From positions 65,665-129,664 of the forward strand of contig CAVUUR010000002.1 of NCBI GenBank assembly GCA_963744715.1: 64,000 bases of DNA, written 5' to 3'. How positions within the stretch are numbered: the first letter of the stretch is position 1; each line of letters begins with the position of its first letter. The notes under the pieces were generated by a model, which was not told the DNA's origin, searched no databases, and saw only the letters and a list, made by a program, of their open reading frames with translations. Below are positions 37,997-46,928 of the stretch, piece after piece. The DNA is from an uncultured bacterium (lineage in GTDB: Bacteria > Babelota > Babeliae > Babelales > JACPOV01). The translations under genes were made by a program, and so were the position numbers.

Positions 37997-39885
37997 ATGT
38001 CAAAAGAAATCACACGCGCACATCAATTTCGCCATATAAAAACAATGTCGATAGATGATCAGCATCTTACGCTCAATCCAGAGCAACAACAAGAGTTAGC
38101 AAGTCTTTATGAAGGCGCCTTAAGCACCTTAAAACAAGGTAAAATTATTGTCGGCAAAGTAATTAAAGCTGATAATGATGGCGTTCTCGTTGATATTGGC
38201 TACAAATCAGATGGCCTAATTCCAGCCTATGAATTTTCTGAACATGAAATTAAAAAATTTGCCCCAGGAACAGAAATCGAAGTAATTCTTGATGAACTTG
38301 AGAATGTCGATGGCAATTAACACTTTCTTATGAAAAAGCAAAAGCACTCGCGCATGGGATGCTATCATGAAACTATTTGAAGAAGGCAAGCCGGTTGAAG
38401 GTGTTGTTACTCATAAAGTTAAGGGTGGCTTGAGCGTTGATATTGGTATTCCTGCATTCTTGCCAGGATCTCAAGTTGATGTACAACGTGTTACTGATTT
38501 TGATCAATTTGTTGGTCAAACAATTACTGCGTATATTATCAAAGTTAATCAAAAACGTGGCAACGTTATTATTTCTCGTCGTAAATATCTTAATGAACAA
38601 CGCTCAGAAGTTCGCAAGAAGATTCTTGATACGCTTACAAGATGGCCAAGTTATTCAAGGTGTCGTTAAAAATATCACCAACTATGGTGTATTTATTGAT
38701 ATCGGCGGCGTAGATGGCTTGTTACATATCACTGATATGACATGGGGCCGCATTGCGCATCCAAGCGAATTAGTAAAAATTGGTGATACAATTACCGTTA
38801 AAGTTCTTTCATTTGATAAAAATAATGAAAAAATATCTCTTGGGCATGAAACAACTTGACTGGAAATCCATGGGAAAAAGTTGCTGAAAATATTCAAGTT
38901 GGCTCTAACGATTAAAGGTAAAATTTCAAGCATCACCGATTACGGCTTGTTTGTTGAAGTTGCAAAAAGGCGTTGAAGGCTTGTGCATATTTCTGAAATT
39001 TCATGGACCGATCGTATTACTGATCTTACATAAACATTACAAAGTTGGCGATGAGATCGAAGCATTGTTGTTTCTTTTGATAAAGAAAATCGCCGCATGT
39101 CATTCAGCATCAAACAACTTGAAAAAAATCCATGGAAATCAGTTAGCTGAAAAGTTCAAAGTTGGCCAAAAAATCAAAGGCAAAATTAGCAACATTACTG
39201 ATTTTGGTATCTTTGTTCAATTGATGCCAGGCATTGATGGACTTAGTTCATATTTCTGATCTTTCATGGACTGAACATATTAAGCATCCAGCTGATATTT
39301 ATCAAAAAAGGCGATGAAGTTGAAGCGGTTATTATTGATATCGATAAACAAAAGAAAAAAATTTCATTGGGCATTAAACAACTGACACGAAAATCCATGG
39401 GAAAATATTGAACAAAAATATCCAGTTGGTCAACTGATTGAAGGTGAAGTTTCCAAAATCACTGATTTTGGTGCTTTTGTTAAACTTGCCAACTGGCATT
39501 GAAGGACTTGTCCATATTTCTGAACTTTCTGATCAATAATGTAGAAAAAGTTGAAGATATTCTTAAAGTTGGCCAAAAAGCACAATTCAGAGTTATTAAA
39601 GTAAGCAAAGAAGAGCATAAACTTGGTCTCAGCTTAAAAGAAAAAGAAGCTCCTGCTGAAGAACAACCACAACGCACACGTGAAAAAGAAACTGCACCTA
39701 AGCAAACAGCTCCAGCTAAAGAAAAACCAGCAAAAAAACAATCCGCTGGTAAAACAAAATCTGAAGAACAAAGCGGTGGTGGTAGCCGACCTAAATCTAT
39801 GCTACAAATAGAACTCGAAAAACATGCTGCGCGTCAAAAAACGAGCGATGAAGAAACAACCGATAATGAAAATCAGGAAGGATAA
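37997..39885 (+). pseudogene. rpsA: 30S ribosomal protein S1, reading frame interrupted by about 16 single-base indels (probably sequence errors rather than decay)
   Basis: Hand translation across frames recovers consecutive canonical S1 (OB-fold) repeats, e.g. [91 protein letters not shown] and [29 protein letters not shown]. The ORF track shows fragments in all three frames. Confidence 0.85.
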
Positions 39886-39890
39886 ATAGC

Positions 39891-40298
39891 ATGGTAGAAA
39901 AAACATTAGCTATTATTAAACCTGATGCCGTTGCCAGAAATATTTCTGGCAAAATTATTGATCTGATAGAACAAAACGGTTTTTCGATAGTTCGTATGCA
40001 AAAAATGCATTTAACCAAGAAGCAGGTTGAATCATTTTATGACATTCACAAAGAACGTCCCTTTTTCGGTGAAATGGTAGGAACCATGACAGCAGGACCA
40101 GTAGTTGTTATGGTCCTTGAAAAAGAAAATGCTATACAAGCATGGCGTGATTTAATGGGTGCTACCGATCCTAAAAAAGCAAATCCTGGCACCATTAGAA
40201 AACTATTTGGCATTGATATAGGAAAAAATTCAACACACGGTTCTGATTCACCTCAAACCGCAATGATTGAAATAAAGCAATTTTTCCCAGAATTATAA
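39891..40298 (+). CDS. ndk: Nucleoside diphosphate kinase (cytoplasmic copy)
   Basis: 135 aa, TLAIIKPDAV and catalytic NSTHGSDS. Confidence 0.9.
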   Translation: MVEKTLAIIKPDAVARNISGKIIDLIEQNGFSIVRMQKMHLTKKQVESFYDIHKERPFFGEMVGTMTAGPVVVMVLEKENAIQAWRDLMGATDPKKANPGTIRKLFGIDIGKNSTHGSDSPQTAMIEIKQFFPEL

Positions 40299-40305
40299 TG
40301 AATGT

Positions 40306-40337
40306 AACGGGCGGCAAAAAAACCGCCCGTTTTTTTT
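40306..40337 (+). terminator. Rho-independent terminator after ndk
   Basis: AACGGGCGG / CCGCCCGTT stem followed by a run of seven T. Confidence 0.8.
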
Positions 40338-40353
40338 AAAAAGGAAGTAGTAT

Positions 40354-40875
40354 ATGCGCTTAAAAACATGGTTTTTAATTTTTTTAGCATTCGGTATTTT
40401 TTATGGCGGGTATCGTTTTAGCAATCTGATTCATCATACACCCGCATCAAAAAAACCCATTAGTACCTCAGATAAAACGGTAGCAATTATAAAACCTGGT
40501 GCCGTTGCAGCACATAATACTGGTAATATTATTCACATGATAGAACAACATGGATTTACCATCGTTGCACTAAAAAAAATTACCTTCACGCAACAGCAAG
40601 CTCAAAAATTTTATGCAGCACATAAAGATCGTCCGTTTTTTAATGATTTGATAACGAGCATGACATCGGGTCCAAGTATCGTTATGATTTTACAAAAAGA
40701 TAAGGTAATTCCAGCATGGCGTGATGTAATGGGCGCTACTGACCCCAAAAAAGCGAATCCTGAAACTATCCGTGCACTTTTTGGCACTGATGTAACCAAT
40801 AATGCAGTACATGGTTCTGACTGGCCAGAATCTGCTGCAATTGAAATACATCAGTTATTTCCTGAGTTATCCTAG
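40354..40875 (+). CDS. Nucleoside diphosphate kinase paralogue with N-terminal signal-anchor extension
   Basis: 173 aa. Extra N-terminal MRLKTWFLIFLAFGIFYGGY, then a complete NDK domain (VAIIKPGAV, NAVHGSDW). Confidence 0.8.
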   Translation: MRLKTWFLIFLAFGIFYGGYRFSNLIHHTPASKKPISTSDKTVAIIKPGAVAAHNTGNIIHMIEQHGFTIVALKKITFTQQQAQKFYAAHKDRPFFNDLITSMTSGPSIVMILQKDKVIPAWRDVMGATDPKKANPETIRALFGTDVTNNAVHGSDWPESAAIEIHQLFPELS

Positions 40876-40935
40876 CATGCTTGACGCGCTACAATATAAT
40901 TAGTTATCTTGTAGTAATAACAAAAAAAGGTATTA

Positions 40936-41217
40936 ATGAAGATGAAAAAATATGTATTATTCTTTATAGCGCTTAGTTCTTCTCTTTGGGCTGCTATAGA
41001 AAAAAATGAAAAAATAAATTCAAAATCTGAGTGCTTTGATCAAAAAAAACAAAAAATGAAAGTGCCTACCCACACTTTTAGAGATGATTTTTTTGCCTGT
41101 ACCAAAGAGGAACTTGCCACACATAACCATAATGCTCCCAATAAACAAATAAACCATGCAAGCAAAGAAGAAGATATAAAGTTTTTATTTACCTATTTTC
41201 TGCGTGATTCTTATTAA
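40936..41217 (+). CDS. Small secreted hypothetical protein
   Basis: 93 aa with signal peptide MKKYVLFFIALSSSLWA. No family recognised. Confidence 0.4.
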   Translation: MKMKKYVLFFIALSSSLWAAIEKNEKINSKSECFDQKKQKMKVPTHTFRDDFFACTKEELATHNHNAPNKQINHASKEEDIKFLFTYFLRDSY

Positions 41218-41225
41218 TGTATATT

Positions 41226-41954
41226 TTACGATAGGAAATGGTTAATAGCAGGACACTGATCCAACATATTTGTACCATCGCAAAATTCAATAATGGTACC
41301 TGCTCGCATGTAATACACGCGATCAAAAATTTTATGTACAAAATTCATATCTTGACTTGAAATGCCAATGGTCAATCCTTGAGCAGCCAATTTTCGCAAA
41401 ATAACAATCAATATATCAGTATTGAAAGGATCAAGGGATGCCGTCGGCTCATCAAGTAATAAAACTTTTGGTTTTAAACAAAGTGCTCGCGCAATCGCCA
41501 CTCGTTGTTGTTGTCCACCAGAAAGTTCTGCAGGATATTTTTCTATAAAATTGTGCATCTCAAGTTCTTGCAACGCTTCAAGTGCACGTTCTTGCGCGTG
41601 CTCATATAACATTCCATGAACAAGAAGCGGATCGATACAATTTTGTAATACCGTATAATAAGCAAAGAGATTAAATTCTTGAAAAACGTAACCAATTTCT
41701 TCAGAGCGTTGACTATAGTTCAACTGGTTTAATTGTTTATCATTAATAAGAATCTGACCTTCCGTTACGGGTATTAAATCAACTAACGATTTAAGCAACG
41801 TTGTTTTACCAGCACCACTTTTGCCAATAAAAATGGTTATGCGAGACGGTATTAAAGAGCAGGAAACTGAGTTCAGTATTGTTTTATTTTTTATGTGCAC
41901 CGCAATGTTATTAACGATAACCATTACCATTCCCCCTTTCAACGTATAGGCCAA
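41226..41954 (-). CDS. Polar amino-acid ABC transporter ATP-binding protein (GlnQ/HisP-like)
   Basis: GKSGAGKTT, LSGGQQQRVAIARAL, LLLDEPTASLD. The true start is probably an internal MVMVIV. Confidence 0.85.
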   Translation of the reverse strand: MAYTLKGGMVMVIVNNIAVHIKNKTILNSVSCSLIPSRITIFIGKSGAGKTTLLKSLVDLIPVTEGQILINDKQLNQLNYSQRSEEIGYVFQEFNLFAYYTVLQNCIDPLLVHGMLYEHAQERALEALQELEMHNFIEKYPAELSGGQQQRVAIARALCLKPKVLLLDEPTASLDPFNTDILIVILRKLAAQGLTIGISSQDMNFVHKIFDRVYYMRAGTIIEFCDGTNMLDQCPAINHFLS

Positions 41955-42563
41955 TAACTTGTAACGTTCCCGAAAATTAAATAAATACCAGCAATAATAC
42001 CGTATACTGGCAATGGATTAAGTTCACGCGAAATAATATTCATGCCCGACCTGGTTAATTCCATAACACCAATAGTTGCAAGTAACGAAGTGCTTTTGAG
42101 CAACTGCTCAAGTTCGCCAAATAGTGCCGGCAAGATATTTGCAACTGCTTGAGGAAAATAATGCGCGTAAGCGTTGCATGCAAAGGATATCCTAAGACTT
42201 TAACAGGCATCCCATTGCCCACGTTCGACTGCATTAATACCAGAACGAATAATTTCGGTTACATAACCACTTGAACAAAAAGCTAACGCGCTGCATGCTG
42301 CTACAAATCCAGGGACATTAATGCCGAGTAAGGAGGGAATAACAAAATAAGCAATAAGAATATGTACATAGGCAGGAATTCCCTTAGCAATAAAGATATA
42401 TATTTTTATAACCACTCTGAGTGCGGTAATTCGAAATGACGACAACTGACAATGCCAATAACGGTTCCAATCAATAAGCTTATAGTGCTACTTACAGCCC
42501 ATCCGTGACGGTAGAGTCATTGCCCTCGCAAGAACAACTGGTATGTATGCCAGGACTGCTCAT
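41939..42563 (-). pseudogene. Polar amino-acid ABC transporter permease (HisM/GlnP-like), multiply frameshifted
   Basis: Fragments in several frames: ...STISLLIGTVIGIV.., FRITALRVVIKIYIFIAKGIPAYVHILIAYFVIP...YVTEIIRSGINAVERGQWDA, STSLLATIGVMELTRSG. Confidence 0.6.
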
Positions 42564-42564
42564 T

Positions 42565-43334
42565 TTACTCCCATCGTTCTGCATATTCTTTAATAATTCC
42601 AGAGCATTTAAGGTATTTACGGCTTGCTGATTCGTCAATCAAAGAACTATTATCTTTTTTGAGTGCAATCCCAACTCCTTGTACTTGATCTTCGGGTGCA
42701 AGCGCCACATCAAGAATTTGTATTTCCGGATATTTTTGTTTAAATTTTTTTGCAATTGCCGGTTCTACAAAAGCGGCATCCGCTTTGCCATATCGGATAT
42801 TCAACAATGCATCATCTATTTTTTCGGTAGATTTTTTATCAATAAAAGAATAGTTGCTCAACACTGCATCTTGTGATGATGCCGGCTCAACACAGACCGT
42901 CATTCCTCTCATATCATTAATAGATTTGATTCCTTCAGGAATTTTTTCCCAAAATAGAACGGGTAGGAAAGCGTCATTTCACCGTGATAACGAATCATAG
43001 CAATCTTTTTAATGCGATCTTGTGTAATTGATAATCCCCAAATAATTGCATCAATAGATCCTTGTTCTAACGCTATAAACAGTGCCGACATTGAACCGAG
43101 ATCGTTGAGTATCAATTGTTTTCCCATTTTTTTGGCAAGAGCGTTGGCAACATCAATATCAAAACCTTCATATTCCCCTTGTGCATTAACACTAACAAAA
43201 GGTGCATAATCTGCTACGGTGCCAACAACCAATGATTGTGCATCGCGTTGAGGCGCGCGCACATTTTTAACTACTATGTAGCTACATAACAGGCCGGCTA
43301 CTACTATTATAAAAATACTATTGTTACTTATCAT
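42565..43334 (-). pseudogene. Polar amino-acid ABC transporter substrate-binding protein, frameshifted
   Basis: Two pieces join as ...IWGLSITQDRIKKIAMIRYHGE..SYP | LFWEKIPEGIKSINDMRGMTVCVEPASSQDAVL... after a 1-nt shift near 42950. The C-terminal end is also suspect. Confidence 0.6.
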
Positions 43335-43370
43335 AAAAAACTTTCTAATACTTATATTTTTCTATCATAT

Positions 43371-43682
43371 TCATTTTTTTGCTTTCATTTTATCAAGAAC
43401 AATTTTATATCCTCGATGGGGCTCATTATGCAAAAATCGTGCAACTCTGGTGATAGTGGCAAGGCTCACGCCAGTTTTTGCACTAATATCCCGATATGAG
43501 AATTCACCTTGTTCAAGTAACTGACACACGCGCCAGCGTTCTGCTAATGCTACCAACTCCTGAGGAGTACAAAGATCCTTCAAAAATCGAACCATTTCAT
43601 TCTTATTGCGTAGCAGTAATAACGCTTCACATAATTCTTCAAGCGCTTGGATATTTTGATCTTTTTCTTCATAATTCATCAT
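43371..43682 (-). CDS. TrpR-like YerC/YecD family DNA-binding protein
   Basis: 103 aa. FLKDLCTPQELVALAERWRVCQLL...ISAKTGVSLATITRVARFL is typical of YerC/YecD. Confidence 0.75.
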   Translation of the reverse strand: MMNYEEKDQNIQALEELCEALLLLRNKNEMVRFLKDLCTPQELVALAERWRVCQLLEQGEFSYRDISAKTGVSLATITRVARFLHNEPHRGYKIVLDKMKAKK

Positions 43683-43831
43683 TATTTCCTTATATAATAA
43701 ACCTCATATTGTTCTATTGTGATAGCACATTAAAACACCAATGTCAAAAAAAATATCATAGTAGACCGCTTGCCCTCCTACGTATAGTCAGTAATCAGCT
43801 ATACGAACCCACTATGATACAATTTTTTGAA

Positions 43832-45436
43832 TTAGTTATTTTCTTTATCAGAGAACGTTGTCAACCTTTTAAATATTTCGCTCTTATCGGGCATAAGTTC
43901 ATAACGTGGAAACTCATCTTCCTGTTTTTCTTGTTTATAGATATTGCCCCGCATTATGTATTTATTTGCAATATTTTGGCATAATTGCGTATCATCCGCT
44001 TCATGCAATCCAAAATTCGATTCTTTTTTTAAACGATGATCAATTCTTGAACAATCGCTCAATCCTCGATCAGAATACTGCTTTGCTAATAGTGCCCATC
44101 TTTTTTTTAATTGCTCTATTCGTTTTTTATCAAAGGCAGCCTGATTCTCGCATAGCAGTAAATTATTTTTGAAGGGCACTCTTATATCTTGCGTCAATTT
44201 ATCTAATAACGAAAAAACTGTTGTTATAGTTAGTGCCCCACAACCCATACTTAGAGGACATAGGCCACATAAACCTATTAAGAAGAATACACCTGGATTT
44301 TCTATTCGTTCGACCATAATGTTCTTAACAATGTTCACACCATTAATTGCAAGAAATGATCCCGCTACCAATGAACCTCCATTGATGATAACATCTAACA
44401 TAATACCATTATTTTTTTGTATTACTGATGGCTCCAAAATAGATTTCAAGTTTTCTATTTGATCTTGTGTAAGATTATTATTACTTACATCAATGAGGCA
44501 ATTTTTAGGAGTAAATAAACGCCAATTTGAACCGGATATTTTTTTTATGCAATTATTGCTGAGTGATAACTCTGAACCACTTTTTAATGATAAAATGTCT
44601 TTAGTTGATAATGTTTCTATGCGATTATGATTTGCATCAATTGCCATAAGCTTCGGGAATACTTCTTTTAAATCAATAATATTAAGCTCTCTAATCTCGT
44701 TATGCGCAATATCTATTACTTCTATGGCCTTTCTTCGCTGTTCTATATAATGCCTTTCTTCACGCAATTTATTTTGATCTTCATTGCCAATACTTTCTAA
44801 TGATTTAAGATTTAATCCGGAAAGGCACAACCATCCAATATAATTTTTTCTACCTGATACGATAAAACCATTATTCGAATACTTAACTGGAAATATCCCC
44901 CTTACATTGTTGCTCGAGAGAAGTTTGTATTGCTCGTATTTAAGATCTCTTGTATCAATTTTTTGTACCAGTTGCTCAAATAATTCTTGGCGAATTGATT
45001 GTGGCGCTGCAAGATCATCACTCAACAAAGCAAGTTTTTCTAATTGTTCAACAGGAAGTTTTTCGCTCGATTTACCGTTTTTTATCATTTCTACAAGATT
45101 TTTTACTGTTTTAGTATCGCATGAATGGGAAACACATTTTAAATCTAATGCTTGCACCGAACAAACTTGCTGAGGAATTTGGCAAAAACCCTTAAGTGTC
45201 TTGCAACGGTTAACCACGGCGCGGTCAACTTTTATATCACCATCTGCGCATTGCAATATAATATCTGTAGGAACACTCTCAACCTTTGTTTGTATCTGCG
45301 CATAAGAATTCATGAGCGCATGCAACTCCTGCGTTGTTCTTTTCGGATGTTCTCGGCCAACGATCATTGCTTGAAGGTTTGGCACAGCAAACAGGTAGAA
45401 ACATACGGGCAAGCAAAGAAATAATTTTTTTATCAT
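43832..45436 (-). CDS. Eukaryote-like protein: signal peptide + POZ (BTB/Skp1-like) segment + leucine-rich repeats + C-terminal TM region
   Basis: DIILQCADGDIKVDRAVVNRCKTLKGF resembles the BTB/Skp1 N-terminus. About 4 LRRs (IDIAHNEIRELN, IDANHNRIETLS, LSLSNNCIKKIS, IDVSNNNLTQDQ). Hydrophobic FFLIGLCGLCPLSMGCGALTITTVFSLL. Confidence 0.55.
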   Translation of the reverse strand: MIKKLFLCLPVCFYLFAVPNLQAMIVGREHPKRTTQELHALMNSYAQIQTKVESVPTDIILQCADGDIKVDRAVVNRCKTLKGFCQIPQQVCSVQALDLKCVSHSCDTKTVKNLVEMIKNGKSSEKLPVEQLEKLALLSDDLAAPQSIRQELFEQLVQKIDTRDLKYEQYKLLSSNNVRGIFPVKYSNNGFIVSGRKNYIGWLCLSGLNLKSLESIGNEDQNKLREERHYIEQRRKAIEVIDIAHNEIRELNIIDLKEVFPKLMAIDANHNRIETLSTKDILSLKSGSELSLSNNCIKKISGSNWRLFTPKNCLIDVSNNNLTQDQIENLKSILEPSVIQKNNGIMLDVIINGGSLVAGSFLAINGVNIVKNIMVERIENPGVFFLIGLCGLCPLSMGCGALTITTVFSLLDKLTQDIRVPFKNNLLLCENQAAFDKKRIEQLKKRWALLAKQYSDRGLSDCSRIDHRLKKESNFGLHEADDTQLCQNIANKYIMRGNIYKQEKQEDEFPRYELMPDKSEIFKRLTTFSDKENN

Positions 45437-45603
45437 GTAAATAACCTTACCATTTATCTATTTTTTATATGTATTTAATTTTAAAATAAAAATTCGAATT
45501 GTCTACTTTTTTTGAGGAAAACGATCTTAAGGCATCAAATTTCAGCAGTTATGATTGATTAATGCTCAAAAGACTTATTACATTTCCTATAGCCTTAGGC
45601 GCC

Positions 45604-45632
45604 TTGACAAATTTAGGTTTTTGTCATAGAAC
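45604..45632 (+). promoter_or_regulatory. Putative promoter (shared TTGACAAATTTA box) of paralogue gene 1
   Basis: TTGACA at 45604-09 with a weak -10 (TAGAAC) after 17 nt. The same 12-mer occurs upstream of the paralogue at 46852. Confidence 0.35.
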
Positions 45633-45674
45633 AATGAATATTTGTCTATTTTTTCCAATATTAAAGGAGTATTT

Positions 45675-46745
45675 ATGAAATACCTTTCTTCTCATTATTT
45701 AATTGCTGGATTTTTGTTGTGTTTTCAAGCATCACAGGCAATGGAACAATCACAATCTACTATTAACAAGTATCAGGGCTGGGTAATAGATCAAAACAGC
45801 ATTACTACCCTTGCACCCGTTATGACAAAATCTTTACAACAAGTAGTAGATAATTGGACGAACAAACATAAAGATTTATTGCATACGCTCGTTCCAGAAA
45901 CAAGTCATGTTCCTGTATCAAATGAGACCATTAAAAAAGCTATTGATCAAAATAAGCAATTGCTAACAAGCAGGGGCTTCACTAATTTAAGCAAAAACAA
46001 CTACATTGTAGAATTACCAGCAGTAGGTAACAAGCGATATTTTATACAAGCAGGCGGCCCAATCAATAAAGCTATCAATATTGTGCATGGTAATGGATAT
46101 CATTGGGATGATATCCAAAAGAAGATTGCTGATGGTGATTTAACCACGATGGATACCTATCAAACCGTAAGCAGAGTTATTGGCTATTTGCGAGCTCAGG
46201 AAATTATTGAACAACAAAAGATAACAACCTTTAAGGTACCAAAAACGTATCTTGCACAAATTCCCGGTAGAAATAATCTTGTAGAATGTGGTGCTTGTGA
46301 TGCAAACAGTATCATTGTTCAAAAGGACATTGGCGATAATTATGTACAAATACGCTCAAATCCAAGTCTTTTAGTAGATGTAAATCCTGAAACACTAAAG
46401 GATCTCTTAGTGCTTATCAAACATGTTCCTTTGTGGGACATTAATAGCAATGGCTTAATTAATAAAGAAACCTATACATTTGGGCAGAGTGATCTCGAAC
46501 AACCAAATAATGAAAATCCAAAAAACTTTTTCAATAAAAATGCATCAAAACATCAATGGAACGTTGCCGAAGGCATTGCAGGCATTATAAAACTTTATCA
46601 AAAGGCAAGCGAAACCTGCGACGTTAAAGAAGGTTGTAAAACATTAAAAACATTAATTGAACAAGATCAAGATTTACAACAGTCTCCGCATTTAGTTCAC
46701 ATTCAAAATCAAGTAGCTATTTTAGACGTTATAATTAAACAATAA
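45675..46745 (+). CDS. Secreted hypothetical protein, paralogue 1 (possible atypical kinase-like fold, speculative)
   Basis: ATG 45675 preceded by AAGGAG. Signal peptide MKYLSSHYLIAGFLLCFQASQA. Collinear with 46929..47993. Confidence 0.6.
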   Translation: MKYLSSHYLIAGFLLCFQASQAMEQSQSTINKYQGWVIDQNSITTLAPVMTKSLQQVVDNWTNKHKDLLHTLVPETSHVPVSNETIKKAIDQNKQLLTSRGFTNLSKNNYIVELPAVGNKRYFIQAGGPINKAINIVHGNGYHWDDIQKKIADGDLTTMDTYQTVSRVIGYLRAQEIIEQQKITTFKVPKTYLAQIPGRNNLVECGACDANSIIVQKDIGDNYVQIRSNPSLLVDVNPETLKDLLVLIKHVPLWDINSNGLINKETYTFGQSDLEQPNNENPKNFFNKNASKHQWNVAEGIAGIIKLYQKASETCDVKEGCKTLKTLIEQDQDLQQSPHLVHIQNQVAILDVIIKQ

Positions 46746-46772
46746 TACGCAAGATTAAAAAATTATATAAAT

Positions 46773-46798
46773 AAGGGCCTGTTTAACCGCAGGCCTTT
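46773..46798 (+). terminator. Rho-independent terminator
   Basis: AAGGGCCTG / CAGGCCTTT stem, 8-nt loop, T/A-rich tail. Confidence 0.5.
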
Positions 46799-46851
46799 AT
46801 TTATTATAAGGCAAGAAACTTTCAAGAATCATTACTTTGTGTAAGCGCTCG

Positions 46852-46881
46852 TTGACAAATTTAATACCCTTTGACGATAAT
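46852..46881 (+). promoter_or_regulatory. Putative promoter of paralogue gene 2
   Basis: TTGACA (46852-57), 18-nt spacer, GATAAT (46876-81). Confidence 0.4.
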
Positions 46882-46928
46882 GAAATACATATTTATACAT
46901 TTCACTATTTAAAAAGGAGTATTGCATT

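Noticed and set aside
37997-39885. rpsA as a genuinely decayed pseudogene
   Set aside because: About 16 indels but no nonsense codons or degraded motifs after frame correction, and two other patches show the same signature. Local sequence error is far more likely. It is annotated as an interrupted gene pending read-level verification.
43496-43984. 162-aa plus-strand ORF spanning the yerC / LRR-gene junction
   Set aside because: It overlaps two well supported minus-strand genes and the intergenic region, and has no RBS or motifs.
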